The notes beneath the pieces were generated by a model that made no database searches, was not told the DNA's origin, and saw only the letters and a list, made by a program, of their open reading frames with translations. A program made the position numbers and the translations under genes. Shown here one piece after another: positions 1 to 15,500 of a DNA stretch of 64,000 nt. Source of the stretch: Paraspadella gotoi (taxonomy: Eukaryota > Animalia > Chaetognatha). Every line of letters starts with the position of its first letter. Positions within the stretch are counted from its first letter, which is position 1. The stretch lies in NCBI GenBank assembly GCA_051294375.1, contig CM119265.1, positions 14,856,963 through 14,920,962 of the forward strand, given 5' to 3'.

Positions 1-3000
1 ACTCGCGGCTCAGTTCATTGCACACTAAAAAGGTTGAGAACGTAACAGTCCTCTTCAGGCGCCGAGTGTTTTTCTTTTTTTTCCGTCTAGTTCGACTCCG
101 ACCGGCATTTCTTTCTTTTGTTTTGAAGAAGAAAACGAGTAAACTTAACGCGATTTTTATTGTTTCTTCCGCGTAAACAGACTAACAAATTATAATGTTT
201 GAATCCGACAAGAAGAGAGAAAAAAATAATATAAACTCCGCACTTCTGTCGGACTTTCCTCCGTTTCGACTTTAAGTTGCGCGCGGGTGCGTTTTTGTAC
301 TACTACCATCGACTGGACGATTGGCGACGACGACACGACGACGACGACTGACCGCACGGACGAAGCTCGTCGTATTCTTCGAAGAGATTTTTCTCCTAGT
401 TTTTTTCTTCGTCTTTTGGTTCACAGTTTCTCATTCCATGATCCATCTTTTATCCATCTCTCTCTCTCTCTCATCGTTCATCTCTCTCTCCTCCTCTCTC
501 TCCTCTTCTTCTCTCTTCCTCTCTGTCCTCTCTCCTCTTCTCTCTCCTCTCCTCCCTTTTTTTTCACATGGCATCTTTTCGCTCCAGGACTGAAATCTCA
601 TAGCCTCCATTTGCGCCGCTTTCCCCTTCATCGCCTTTATTTCATCCTTCGTTCCGTCTCGTCCGTCGTCGTCGTCGTCGTCTCGTCTGTTCATCGTCGA
701 CATCATTCGTCTTCCGCCTTCATACTTCTTCTTCGTCTCCGCCCCTGGCCGCGCCCGGGGTTGGGCGGGGGCCTAGCTTTGACATCATCGTCTCGACTCT
801 GCGTTGCCGTCTTCGTCTCTGACCGAATCCTCGGAATCGAAAACGTTCGTTCACGCCGGTCGGCATCTCCGAGACCACGATTAATTTTTATTCCAGAGTT
901 GTCGCCATTGCTCGCCTTAACATAGTATATTCAGTTAGCGACGACAACGAAAACAACAACGACGACGACGAAACTTCAAAAATGATCTCACAATTTGGAT
1001 CCAAGACCGGTTCGAGTTAAAAAGTCGTCCGCCAGAGCGAGCATTCTTTCTTTATCTCTTTCGTAGGCAATTCCCCGTCAGCTCAATCCTTGCCTCACCT
1101 TTCCTCACGAACCCACCTTCCTCCAAGGCCCGACCCGATGCTCCCTTCCGACTCTCCCTCTTTCCATCTTCCAAATCATCTCTCTTTTTTTTTCGTTGGA
1201 TTCATTTCGTTCCACAGAGACTCAACTCGTCCGCTTTCATCTCCTTTTCATCTCTTCTTCTCGACTCATCTCATCTCCATTCATCTGGTTTCGTCTTATT
1301 TCATCCTTTTTTGTCGAGGAAATTTCCCAGGTGGTGGCGGAAAAGGGGAGGGCGGGGGGTATTTGATTGTCAATTGATTGCACATTTTTTGATTGTATTG
1401 TAAAATTTTTCGGCATATATGACGATATGTTAATATTGCTAATTCTGTAATCCAACAACATTTCCCAATATTATAAGCCATTATCCGACATCCAAACCTA
1501 TGAACATTTTTAAAAAATTTAAAATACTTTTATTATTCTATGATTTTTAGTATTATTATTAATAATTATCTAAAGGTTTTTTCTAAGTAAGATAAAGTTA
1601 ACAATCCTAAAGTCTAATATTAACGTTTCTCTAAGTGTCGGGCTATCCAAATTAAATACAGAGCGGCACTCGAGAGGATCTCTAGTTTGAAATAATTATT
1701 TTATATTTTATTAAATTTTTAAACTTTTCAGACAAGTTTTAAAATGGCTTCCCACAAAGACTATGTAGAATGAATGGTTTTCAAAGTGGTCAAAATTAAA
1801 ACACATAACGGTTGAACTCATTCACTAATTATTCTTAAACTCCTAATAACATATAAAATTCAAGACTGTATTGGCTTCAGTGTATGAAAGCTTTCTGCCT
1901 TTAAATATATTTAAGTGGCAATCTGTAGGGAGTGCACACGAACACATATCTAATTTATATGTTCTATGTGAGAGTGGCTAGTTGAGATTATCCACGGGAA
2001 TAAAATCGAAAATAATTTTATGTAGAGATCATTCTCATTCGTATATATTTCCACAATTTGTTGTGTCACTAGAGAAATATTAGGTATTTACTCTCATATA
2101 TATATTTTATGAAAGATTTTATACTTAAGCTCTTGACTTAGTTTTAAATTCGCATTGACATTTATTTCCGACTACCCAAAAGATTGCATATTTATTTGAG
2201 AAATATAAGAAACTTTAAATAGAACTCCAATAGTTGGTGGTTAATTTTAGTCTTTGATTTCGCGCAAAATAAATGGCGCAAACAAATCATACCTCGTTTA
2301 GAGGAAAATTTTGATATTCTGAGGAATCAAGGGGTAACTAAGTGCTTATCCAATGGCATTCGTCCCAATAAGAAAAGTCGTGCTGATTTTTGGAAACGCC
2401 AGTCGGTAACTATTCACTATAGTTTCGAATTTAATATGAGATTTTATTCTTTATTCATTATTAGTTGTGAAAGGGAAAATAAGAAAAGTTCGCCGAGAAA
2501 TAAGCAACAAAAATAACGGCACTGAAACGTGGTTATTTCAAAAAATAATTCTGGGACATTTTATGTGGACTTTCTGTACTATTATTCTCTCCCTTTTATG
2601 ACCCTTTTAAATTTGATATGTATACTTGGGGTAATTGGGGGCAGTAATTAACCTAAAAAATTTAATATTGCACTTAAAATGAATTTCTTTATAATCAAAA
2701 GTCACCCTTTTTCAAATAGTTTTCTTGCCAAAGAAATTAATTATTTTTACGGGAGGAGTTAAAAATATAAATAAAAAAATACAATTTCAGTTTTTCAATT
2801 GCAATTGGAAGATTAAAATAAAAATAAATTTTATATGAATCAGTACGATCAAAGTACTATTGATAAGGGCCGTATCATTGATTGACTGACTTAATGTACT
2901 TGAATTTTTTGGGTTTATTTTACTGCATCGTCCATTACCCAACACCTTAGAAAAAGGACATAAAAGGTCACGATTTACTCAATGATTCCTACCGATGTGT

Positions 3001-6000
3001 TGGTTGCCAGGATTATTACGGTGTAAATATCGACATTATTTCGAATATGCCTTTTTGATGTGTGGGTCGCGCAGTCGCTCGTCTGCACCCGAATCTTAGC
3101 CTCCGGGATAGAAACTGTCACCCATTGCTTTTTTTTTCCCCCCGTTCCATATGTATTAAATAAAAATTATTTGAAAGAACGCATTTGGCATGACGATGCC
3201 ATTGGCTAATTTCTAGTTACCTGTTCCAGGAATCAAATTTTTTAAAACGAGGTTTTTTTTTCCCTTCTAATCTCATCCACCATAAACACACTCATTGGGT
3301 ACTGCAAAATTTCTTATTTTTTCAATTCTACACTTTTGTGTAATTCAGAGAAACATTTAGCGTCACTTCTATAAACTTGGTAAAAAAAGGTAAATGTTCT
3401 GCCAAAATTAAAATCGTTGAGGAATCTACCTATAGTATATTTCCTTTATTCCCTGGACAATGTCACAACCAAAATTATATGAACAATTCTTGACCAATTG
3501 CCTAAAGTAGTTGAAGGCAAAGCTATCATGAGAGCCAGCTATTTTCTGTTATGATGAAGGTTCGTAAATTTGATAGTAGGGGTTTTTTTTTTTAGATATT
3601 TTGAAACCATCTTTGAAAAGAGATTAAAGTTCTTTAAGCTATTGGAATTCATTAAATTTGGTAAATATTATTATATTTAGATCCTCGAGTCTGCTCCTCT
3701 TTTCAATGGATGGCCCATATTAAATAGTTAGCAGAGATGCTTATATTAATTATAGATTTTTAATAACTATTTAAAATATAAAAAACTATGTTTAAAATTA
3801 TTAAAAAATAAGGTTTGAATGGTATATTTGTAAAGGTTTGATGATATACTAATCAGTAACCAAAAATTTTAAAAAAGGATTACTTTTAAGGTAAAGAAAT
3901 TGGAAAAATTGATAGAAATGCAAGCAATATGCCATGAGTTTTTAAAAATGTTGAGAATAATTCTTTTGCTTTAGGGTTAATTTGAATATGTTGTTAAACT
4001 GTTTATAGGCAAAGAATAACATAATTTGCCATTAATAATTCTGTTAGCAGGATTGACAAGTTGAATTTGTTAAAAAATGATTTTTGGCCTGTGCCAAAAA
4101 GTTTATATTAATAAAATGACTGTAATTTATATGCAATGCAGGAACTACCTAAGGCTCACTACTATGACTAGAGATTTAAAAACATAATTATTACAAATAG
4201 GAAGTTATGCATCAATTGAAAAAATGACCCATCAAAGAATATCGCGACTGAGTAAAAATGGGCAAAGAAAAATTCTGGTTTGGATAGTAACTATATTTCT
4301 TACAGAAGTTTATCAAATCCCTCTTGAGTACAAGTTTAGCAAAATTTTAAGACAAAATTTCAAAAATAATATTAGAGCTGACATGCAGATTTTACCAAAA
4401 AATTTTGACCCAATTTTCAAGAGGTTTAGGCATTATTTTATTTGAATAAATTTGTCTATATTATTGGGCAATTAGCATGACCTCAGTTTTAATCAAGCTT
4501 TCCTTATTATTAAATTCAGCCCATTTACTCCTATTAAATGTGAAAAGTTTTTTTTTGTTACTTTGTTTATTCATTTGTACTTTTTTAATTTTAAGACATT
4601 TAATGGTTATTTTTCTCGGTACTTTTTTGTTATTGTAATTTATTTTATTCTTTACTCGTTTTTTGGTTTTTCTACTTTTCATTTCTTTCTTTTCTTATTT
4701 TATCTTCATCTTTTTTTATTATTCTTTTTCTCTAATTTTTTTTCTTTTTCTTCTTTCTTCGTCTCTCTCTCTCTCATTTTCGTCATTTCACTTCTTTCTT
4801 GTTGTTTCTTTTTTTTCTTTTTCTTTTTTCTGTTTGTGTTTTACTTCTTTCTGTAATGCCTCTCATTTCGGGTAATCTTGCTTCTATTACGACAATAAGT
4901 ACTTGGGTTGGTTTTTTTCGATTGTCCGGCTATTATCATCAATTGGGGCATGGAATCTTTGATTGAGTCGAGAATTTTTTGTGTCGGGTGTGGCTCAAAT
5001 ATCCTGTGTATTATCTGCTTGTCTCTGATTCTTCAACTTATTTTCAATGGACAATAGTTTTCGTGGGCTCCAGGGGACTGAAATCGCATCATTAGGGCCA
5101 ATCCGCATTCAGCGCGCTCACTGTTTGTTTCCCGGCATTCCTTACACAATTGAGCGCCTTTTTTTATTTCCATCTTCGTCGTCGTTCGTCGTTTGTACGT
5201 CAAATTGCGATAAAAATATACTGACCGTCAGTGTCACCGGTCATCTTACTACATGAATTCGTTTTTACTTATTATTATCATCGTCTTCCGGCCTGTTCAA
5301 ATCTTCTTATTACTCAGATTTGTTGACGTATCGATCATAGTCAGTTTGTGAATCGTATCGGCGCGTATGTTTTCGTCTGACAATGTTAACCGTGGATGTC
5401 CTTTCGGATTCGGAAAACGGATTCGTTCACGGGAACAGCGGTCGGCTACATCTAGACCGAGATCACCAAGTTTTGACAGGCGATTTAAAATTTTTTTTAC
5501 TGTGCTCTTACCGAGTAGGGCTAATTGGTGGAGATCTAAATAATTGGGACCTAACCGCTTAACATAGTATATTCAAGTGAGATAGAACGAACAAACGAAA
5601 AACAGACCGACGACAAGAACAGCAAACTTCACAAAGAATTTCGAAAGTCTCACCAACACAAATTTTGTGATTATACTCAAGACCGGTTCGAGTTAAATTG
5701 AAAGTCGTCCGCCAGAGCGCGAAGCAATGACAAAATACTTATTACTTTAATACTCTCTTCCCTGTAGAAAAGCAATTGACCTACCGTCAGCTAAACATCC
5801 TTGCTACGTTTCTTCACTCACGAACCCAAACCTTCCTCCCCACGCGCGCGCCGACCGAAAAAAAATCGATGCTCTCACATATAGGCATCTCGACTCACTA
5901 CAACACAACATATTACTACCTCTTCATCAATCTCAGTCGTTAAAAATTTTTTTCGAGAGAGATAGATGTTCTTGCCGATATTTCCACAGAGACTCAAAGA

Positions 6001-6506
6001 GAGAGAGATCCGACATGTTCATCTCCAATATATAGATTCCTTCCAGAGACACATCTCATACTCCAATGACATATAGATACGATCGTATAGATTTCATCAC
6101 TTTTTTGTAGAGGAAATTTCACAGAGGTGATTGAGGAAAAAAGGGAGGAGCGGGGGTGGAAGGGAAGGGGTTGGGGAAGGGTGGCAAAAAACCGGGGGGG
6201 GTAAGTTAGAGGGGCGGCGGAAGACGGTTCTCAAAGTCGGGCGTGCCTGCGGCGTGAGGCGAGTATATCAGTAGGTTTCCGGAAACTTTGGCGTTTCTTC
6301 GAAGCACTTTGAAGGCAGTCGCTAGGGACATTAATGTTTCAAGCTTGTGGTGGAATAGTTCGTTTTGTTTTGTAGATTCTGCTATATTCTTGGGCTGTCG
6401 AACGCGGTAAAATTAAAATTTGTGGTGAACTGAGTTAAGAAAGAAAAATGTGAGAAAAGCAGAGAAAGAGAGATCCGAAGGAAAAACAAAAAAGAGCAGA
6501 GAGACG

Positions 6507-6545
<39 letters not shown>

Positions 6546-6973
6546 GAGAGAGAGAGAGAGGAGGTAGAGAGAGAAGGAAGAGAAGAAGAGAGAGACAGAG
6601 ANNNNNNNNNNNNNNNNNNNNNNNNNTGTAAGGGAAGGGTGTGGGGAAGGGTGGCAAAAAACGGGGGGGGGTAAGTTAAGGGGTCGGCGGAAAGACTGGT
6701 TCTCAAAGGTCGGGTGCCTGCGGCGGAGGCGAGTTATCAGTAGGTTTCGGAAACCTTTGGCGTTTCTTCGAAGCACTTTGAAGCAGTCGACTAGGGCATT
6801 ATGGCTTTCAGCTTTGTGGTGAATATTCGTTTTGTTTTGTGATTCTGCATATCTTGGTGTCGAACGCGGTAAAAATGTAAAATTTGTGTGACTGAGTTAG
6901 AAGGAAATAATTGAAGAAAAGCAAGAGAAAGAGAGATCCGAGAGAACAACAAAAAAGAGCAGCAGAGAAGATT

Positions 6974-7042
<69 letters not shown>

Positions 7043-9060
7043 AGAGAGACAGATGACAGGACAGAGACGAGCAATAGAGAGACAGAGAGAAGCGGCGAGG
7101 GTAAAGTATGACGGAGAAGAAGAATTAATATTTCATTTTCTTTCGTCGCTGCCTTGTTTTTCTTTGTCCTAGTTGCTTCTCAACCAGGGGAGAATCGATA
7201 GAATAAAGGTAATAAAGATAGAAAAGAAAGAATAGAAAGAAGAAAAGAAAGAGAAAGTAAAGGAGAACGAAAAGAAAGGAGAAGAAGAGAAAGAAAGAAG
7301 AAAGAAAAGGGGAGAGCGAGAGAGAGAGTAGTGAGGAAGATTGGGTTTTAGTATTTTTCTGACATGTGTTCTTAGGTTTTTGTAGTTTTACTGGGTTTGA
7401 TGGTTCAAACGGATATCAAAGATTCTTGACAACTTGCGACGGTTGAGTTTTTTGGCCAACACTGACTTGTTGCTTTGTCTATATTGCTTTCTCGATGTCC
7501 ATAATAACCTGTTTCTTCATAATTTTAGTTTTTATATTGTGTATTAGGCGCCCGATTTTTTTTAATCTCTCCTTTACTATTGTTGTCCGTCAGTGATTGT
7601 TGTTGCGTTGTTGCCTGTTTTACTCCGTACGGTACGTTCTTTCTGTTTCTTTTCTTTTCTTTTTTGCCTTTCTGTTTCGCTGACTTTAGAATATGTACCG
7701 TTTGTTCGGTTTTAATCATCTGCCGCCTCCTCTTTTTCGTCACACTCCTTTATTTTTTCATCTCAGCTGCTCCAGCACTTCTCAAGCGCTCACCACTGCT
7801 GTCCCTCATTCGGCAATTTCCTGTTCGACTTGTCCTCTTGCCTCACTTTCCCCACTTGGTGGCTTCCCATCACTACTCTCGCTGTTTTCCTCACGCCGCG
7901 CGTCACGTCTCGCTTTATTGAAAGGAATCTGAGCATACACGCACAGCATATAACTAATCCTATAATGGCGGAGCGCGGCGGCGGCGGCGGGCGGGCGGCG
8001 GGCGGCGGGCCGGAGGGCTGGTCGGGCGGGGCGTTGGCGGGCGGGGCGTTGGCGTCAAAGACCGACGAACTGACGCCAAGATGGCTTGCCGTGGAATAAA
8101 TGATAGAGAGGCGCGTTTCTTTCTTTTTGTCATGTGTTACGGTGCGAGCGCTATGTGGGGAGACAGAGACAGAGACAAAGAGAGACAGAGAGAAGCGCGC
8201 GAGGGAAATGACGGAGAAAGAAAATTATATTTCTTTTCTTCGTCGCTGCCTTTTTCTTTCCTAGTTTCATCACCAGGGGAATTAATGAAGGAATAAAGGT
8301 AAGAAAGAAAGAAAGAAAGAAGAAGAAAGGAGAAGAAAGGAGAGAAAAGAAAGGAAGAAGAAAATAAAGAAGAAAGATAAGGGGAAGAGCGAGGAGAGAG
8401 AGAGAGAGAGAGAGATAGAGAGAGAAGAAGAGTAGTTTATTGAAATTCTGTCTTGAGATGGTGTTTAAGAAGGTTGATTGTATTTTCAGGTAAAAGATCA
8501 ACCTGCGTTTGATCAAAGATACAAAAATCTTGACAACTCGACGGTGAGTTTTTGGCAACCTGACTTTTCTCATATCTTTCTCATTCCCTACCCTTCCTTC
8601 ATAATTATTTTTATTTGTGTATTAGCCCCATTTTTTTAATCTCCCTTACTATTTTCCCAGTCATTTTTCGTTTTTCCTTTTCTCATACGGTAAGTTCTCC
8701 CAATCGCTGACTTACCTTTTTCTTTTATCATCTCCCCTCTCTTTTCTCACATCTCCCTTTTTCACTCTAACATCTCTCAAGCCTCACACTGCTTCCCTCT
8801 CCGTTTTCTTCTAGATCTTTCCTTTCCTTTCTGCCTCCTCTCCCCTCTCACTCACCTCCGCTTTTCCTCACCCGCCTCACGTCTCGCTTTATTGAAAGGA
8901 ATTGACAACACGCACAGCAATAACAATCCTAAATGCGACGCGGCGGCGGGCGGCGGCGGGCGGCGGGCGGCGGCGGGCGGCGGCGTCAAAGACGACGACG
9001 ACGCCAATGGCTGCCTGGAATAATGGAAGAGGCCGTTTCTTTTTCAGGTACGTCGACGAT
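1..9060. repeat. Mosaic of noisy direct and inverted self-duplications (probable long-read gap-fill sequence)
   Basis: About 300-1340 recurs with many small insertions at ~4560-6150 (e.g. 'aagaccggttcgagttaa...aaagtcgtccgccagagcg' at ~1003 and ~5679). 6160-6600 is repeated at 6627-7100 across a 25-N gap. 7070-8100 is a noisier copy of 8160-9050. ~1400-2400 is a degenerate reverse complement of ~3100-3950. Confidence 0.75.
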
Positions 9061-9415
9061 GGGGTAAGAGAATGTGGGTTTCAAGTTCCCCTGAGATCAG
9101 TGGGATCGTAGAGGATGGAAGGAAAGATCGAAGAGAAAAGCGAAAGAGATGACGTCAAAACTTCACAGTTGAAGTTGATATCGATCCCGGGATCGAGATG
9201 GAGACGTCCACATCGAATCGATCTCGCTTTACGACGATGAGACGGACGACGACGACGACAACCGCGCGAAATACAACTCTAACGATAACGACCTCTGCCG
9301 TTCGAAACCAAAACGAAACAAAGGAACATAAAAGAAAACATAATTCCTTAAATTGATTCTCGGAGATTCGCTGGGATGAAGTTATTGGCTTTTTACTCGC
9401 TTAGCATATGGAATT

Positions 9416-9452
<37 letters not shown>

Positions 9453-9589
9453 NNNNNNNNNNNNNNNNNNNNNNNNNNNNNNNNNNNNNNNNNNNNNNNN
9501 NNNNNNNNNNNNNNNNNNNNNNNNNNNNNNNNNNNNNNNNNNNNNNNNNNNNNNNNNNNNNNNNNNNNNNNNNNNNNNNNNNNNNNNNN

Positions 9590-9625
<36 letters not shown>

Positions 9626-9923
9626 GTCTTATACTTCATATCTTTTTAACCCAAGCTCTTCTTTCTTTACATTCGATTCACTTCTCACCATCGCCCTCTA
9701 TCCACCTAGCGTTTTAGTACTGACTTCTAGGCGCCATCAAACAAATTGAAAGTTTTTCCCCGTCGTTGGAAAACAAAGTTTATGGGTTGTTTATGTGCAT
9801 CGAATGGGATTTGGAAAGGCGCAGGCCGTTCCGCTCTCTTTATGCTTTGTTTCCCGTTGGATGGTCGAGGGAACGACGATATCTCTCTTTCTTTCTAGCT
9901 TGCTTGCTTGCTTGCTTGCTTCT

Positions 9924-9962
<39 letters not shown>

Positions 9963-9965
9963 TTT

Positions 9966-9997
<32 letters not shown>

Positions 9998-11234
9998 TTT
10001 TTTTTGATGCTTTTTAGGTTTCTTTCTTGCTTTCTTTCTCGCTAATAACTTTTTTTCTTTCTTTCTTTTTTTTTCTTTCTTGCCTTTTAGGTTTTTTTCT
10101 TGCTTTCTTTCTTGCTAATAACTTTTTTTCTTTGTTTCTTTTTTTTTTCTTGCTTTTTCGGTTTCTTTCTTACTTTCTTTCTAGCTAATAACTTTTTTTA
10201 TTTCTTTACTTCCTTACTTTCTTCTTTTTTTAAAAATGTTTTTTTCTTTTTTCTTTTTTTAACTTTATTACTTTTACTCATTTCCTGCTTCATGTTATAT
10301 CTTTAAGTATTCTGTCTTTTAAAACCCTTTTTAAAACTAAGAGGAACAAAGTAGATCTAATTCTGTTTCAATGTTTTTTCTCTCTCAATTTTTTATCCTT
10401 CATCTTTATCCTTTCTATCGAAGATTTTCTCACTCGTCACCCCCCCCCACGCTTCAAAACTCTTCTCATCCCAAAACAGACCCCTCTTCCTTCTCCGCTT
10501 TCCCCCCCCCAAACTCCTGTCTTTATCCAGGGAGCAAAGGTCTGGTTTGCCGTTGGAGCGAGCCACTGATCTAACCGTCTATTAGTCCAGTCATCCACTC
10601 AACTGAAGATGCCTCACAAAATGGCTCGGCTTTCCGCGACGCGCCGGCGTGAAGCCACCCAAACAAATAAACAAACAAATGGAACGACGACGACGACGAC
10701 GACGACGACGAACGCCCAAGGAAAGAGTTTGAGAAGAGAATCTTTTATGATGATCTTTCCTTTGAAGCTGCAAAGGCGCGTAGAAGGGGATCCTGTTTTG
10801 ATTAAGCATCTTTTCAAAATACAGAGACGTCTTTTCTTTTTTCTTTTTTTCTTATTTCTTTTTTTCTTTTTTCTTTTTTTACCCAGCCGCTCAGCCGTTC
10901 TCGCTTATTTCCCCCGAAACTTACTCGTCTAAACTCACCTTTTCGAGTTTCGATCGCGTCTGAGGAGCTCACATCTAATTTTATTCACATTTAAAAAAAA
11001 TTTTTGAATCGACGTTTATTTTGTTATCTTCATTCTGATATGTATGTATGTACGTTTCTCGTTAGTAGTTGTTCCCATGATGCCTCGTCCCCTCTTCCCC
11101 ATTCAACAATTTCAGCATCGAACCATCGAGAAAAAAAAAATGATCGAAAGCAGAAAAGTGACTCGAATTCCATTTGCATGTAAAAGATGACGAGGACGAC
11201 GGCGACGGCGGAAATGGTTCTCGCGCTCCTCCTG

Positions 11235-11307
<73 letters not shown>

Positions 11308-11559
11308 TTTCAGGTTTTTATTTTGAAAAGTTTTCGAAGCCGAAATGATTTATCCGTAAACACGAGAAAGAGAGTATTCGATTCGTCGCCGGCGGAGTCT
11401 CCGAAGGCAGCGCCGCCTTTAAAGGGACACGTTATTGGGAGGGAACTTTTTGGGTGTTGTCTGTCTGAGCGACGCCGTTATGGGTGGCTGACGAGATGCC
11501 GACAAGTATGGACTGGCAGGAGATGAGCCGACGTTGTTCGTCAGTGAAGAATGAACGGA

Positions 11560-11657
11560 TAAGAATGGATGGATGGATGGATGGATAAATAAATGTCTAC
11601 AAATGGATAAAAGCAAAATAGAAAAAACATAAATTGATAGATTGATAACACATAGTT

Positions 11658-11732
<75 letters not shown>

Positions 11733-11770
11733 AACATAGATAGAAGCATAGATAGAAACATAGATAGATA
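11560..11770. repeat. (GGAT)n and (GATA)n tetranucleotide microsatellites
   Basis: Directly visible ggat and gata tandem arrays. Many (AG/CT)n, (GAC)n and (CTTT)n arrays also occur across the window. Confidence 0.9.
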
Positions 11771-11890
11771 GTGATTAATTGATTCTGACACAGGTAGCGT
11801 AAACAGAAACTTACTTGGCTTCAAAACCCGTAAACTACTCTCCCGTTGCCGAGAGCCCATTTGGGAAAAATTGCTGATAAAAAACTCTTT

Positions 11891-11941
<51 letters not shown>

Positions 11942-12093
11942 CATCTCCCAGACCGTAGCATTGTTCTTTTTTTTTCTTTTTTTCTCTCCCTTCTTATTTC
12001 CTCCTCGGCAGCCTCGTTGTTTTGACAGAGGGCGCGCCCATATTTCACCCTTAGTCCCAAAAGATTACAGAAAATGATTCCGGGGTGGCGAAA

Positions 12094-12133
<40 letters not shown>

Positions 12134-12549
12134 CGTTGACGACGCTGAGAACAAAACTGAAACACAAAAGGCAAAGAAGAAGGCATCTCTCATCCTTCCT
12201 TTTTAAAGAAATTAATGAAGCAAACTGTTGGTGGAGATTTTTTTCTTTTTTTTTCTTTCTTTTTTTTTGAAAGAGAGTGGGGAGAGAAAGAAAGGCAGTG
12301 GAGGTGGATTGGGTGATGGGGCTAAAAGCAACGATGGGCGGGGATTCTTTTTCTCCTTGGAGAAGATAAGCATTGACTTGACGGCGTTCTATCGCCAGTA
12401 TTGCGACGGGCGCGCCCCCTCAACAACATCGACAGCAGCCACAGCGCCTCCTACTTCGATATCATCGACGTCGTTGCCCCAAATTTTCTAGGACGTCGAA
12501 AAGGAAGAAAAAGGGGCGACGAAANNNNNNNNNNNNNNNNNNNNNNNNN

Positions 12550-15500
12550 ACGGCGACAAATAAAGACTTGGCTTGCGCTCGGAGGTTCGTCAACCGGTGA
12601 CTCGAGTATTCACTAGATACGCGTCCGTCGACGGATCATGATGTAAAAGGAAGAACGAGACGACGGACTAGGACAACGACCTATCTCGGACCGCGGGGGA
12701 GCAGATACAAGCAAGACTGGTCAGAAGGAGAGGAAAGAAAAGAAAAAACACAAGATCAACAAAGTCCCAGTATGTCTGGCTCATTTATACCGTTCATTCT
12801 CAATATTATTTCTTACTTTTCTCTCTCGTCTCTTACTCTTCATTCTCCTCGATGACCACTAACTATATCTCTTCTCTCCTCTACTTAACAATGCTCCGTG
12901 CAATTTGTTTGCTCATCTCCGTTTTCCGCTAGTAATTAATTTTGTTCAGGTAGTATAAGTTTAAGCTTTATTGGATGTACTCTCTCGATAGAGAGAGAGC
13001 GACATGGGTCAGAAGAGAGAATTTGTTGTGATGAGTGTGGAAACTGGTTAATGTGCGTCGACTTCGAGAGCGTGAGCTCATAACAAAGTTGTGCTACACA
13101 AAGTATGATTCTTTTTTAAATAATTTTTACGCAGTTAAGTGTGGGGCTCAAAATGGGCATAAGGAGGAGAGCTGTAAAAAATTCATTAATATCTTTTTGA
13201 GAGTTTGGTGTGTCTCGCATCGCTGGAAGAAGCGTGGAATGATACGATCCGTGTTTTAGTGATTGATTACTACGACAGAGACTTATGTAGAAAGCAGATA
13301 AAATGGATCGTTTTTTACAAGGTAAGTTTGTGTGAGCAGACAGCCAGTGACACTGAGAGCCAGGGATTGCGTTTGGGTGGGAGAATGAGATAGGCGGAAT
13401 AGAGCTCAGTGAATAGATATTTCTTTATTTTTGGTGGGCAGTGCGGTGTTATTCATACATTGTTTTTATGATACTCTACTCTTATCTACGAAACAGAATC
13501 AATGAATCTTCACCGTCTAAAAGTAATAATTTCTCTATAAGTGATTTTAAAAAATAAAAATTGATCTTATTCAATCAATCTGACTCACTCTCGTACCTGA
13601 GTATAAAACGCGGTGAGATTTCTACTCCTTGCAAGTTTTTTCAGTAATTGATAGGTATGTTTTTGAGCTGAAAAATATCCGGACTCTCTAAGAGAACAAT
13701 AGCATTATAAATGAAGTCGCTTCTATTGTCAGAGATATAAATAAGTGTTTTACGCACATTTTTCAGAGTCGTACACAATAGAAAGTTTATTTTGCGGTCA
13801 TGCAATCTAGATTTACTATATATGACGCTGCTAGTGATCAAATTCTGCTAGATTGGTGAAAGATAGCACCATCTCGGACGTTCTGTGTGCACAGTGCATG
13901 CAGTTATATGGCGCATATGGTGGTCAAAGTGAGGCGAAAAAGAAGAAGACGATGCGCGATAGCGAACAGATGGAACTGTACGCAGAACGACCGAATGGTA
14001 TTCTTTTATCTGTATGCAAATTAGAATGATACTACCTGCATGGCTTCTGCCTATAGTGTGAGATTTACATATTCATGTATGCACAAGACTGGAAAAGACT
14101 CATGAACAGCAGACTCTCTGCTTCTTTATTCTACTATTCTGATTCTGTGCTGCTTCTGCTGCTTTGTCTTTTGAATATCTTCTCTCTTCTTACTCCTCTC
14201 TTTATTCTTCTCTATATGCTAAATTACGTTACTTATATAATTCAATAAGGTGCGAGATTATGAGTATACTCAGCTACATTCTGAGATTTTCGTTCGTAGT
14301 GGTCTCTTCACTAGATGAATATATCTCTTTTCTTATTATTCATCCTCTATGGGTGCTTTCAACCTTTTTAATATACTCTTTATCTATTTTTTTGACGAGA
14401 TCTATAAGTGCGTGTAATACTCCAGCACATATTTTGTTTCAATTCTTCAACTCTCAAAAAATCCCAAAACAAAACATTCTCTCTGCCCTCTAATATTCTC
14501 ATGTCTGCACCTGTGGTGTTCCTATTTTGCTTTTAAGTATTTTTTTAGTGAGACATCTCCGGATGACTCTCTGCTTTTAATCTCAATGACAGGATTCCCT
14601 ATCGAGCACTCATTCTCTCTATATTATTCTCTCTCCCCTCCCTGTCTCCCGGGTTTCTCTCCGTGTTTCTCTGCGTGCTATTCCCGCTCTCCTCTCCTCC
14701 CCCTCTCCAACTCACTTTATTGCCCACCTCGGCCGCAACTCACTTTATACTCCAACATGCTCAGAACATTCTCCGCAATTCTCCAATTTACATGCTCTAT
14801 ACCCAAGAGAAAGATAGTATGCTCCGGTCGATCTGCGCGTCTGCTGTACCAGATAATCTGTGCGCGGTCACCGCGTTCAGCATGATACATCCAGCACCCG
14901 TTATTAACTCCATGTGATATTGTCGTTGAACTCGTGATTGGATTGAATAGCAGTGTTATTTCGTGTGTTCTGGCGCCGGCAGGTTCGTCGCGGCATAGTG
15001 GAATCACGGTTTTGGGGTCTGCCGTGGAATAGTGTTAAATTTTTGATGGGGCGATCAACGTGTGACGTTGCGTACCGGACTGGAGAGATGAAAGAGGTGT
15101 CTATCATACTCGCGCTAGAAACGTCAAGCGAAAGAGGCAGTGAGTATATTCCGACTCTATCACGTGTTTGCGAACAGCGCAAAATATAACTCAATGAGAG
15201 AATGGATAGGGGAACAAATAAGGTAGCTACTCTGCTAAATTATATGTATTGCGCTAATGAACAGATCGTGATGTGATTAATACCTCGGGATATGATTGAA
15301 GTTCGATGGATGAATCGTTATTGTGTAGTTTAATTGTAGTTTTTAGCGATGGAATATAACGGAGAAATCACTCTGTTCTACCTCAAACTATGGCCTATGT
15401 CTGTTACTTTTCTCTTCTCTGGATATTTTAATTCGGGAATGCGATCAGAATAGTCGCGAATAGCGATGGAGTGTAGACGTTTATTATAGCAATGTACCTC

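Noticed and set aside
287-925. 212-aa ORF and many similar S/L/F- or R/E-rich ORFs across the window
   Set aside because: They are translations of (CT)n, (AG)n and (GAC)n microsatellites with no domain content.
9000-12500. Exon-like fragments (9048-9063, 10939 donor, 11815-11871, 12360-12491)
   Set aside because: Isolated splice-like signals on both strands with no consistent reading frame or homology.
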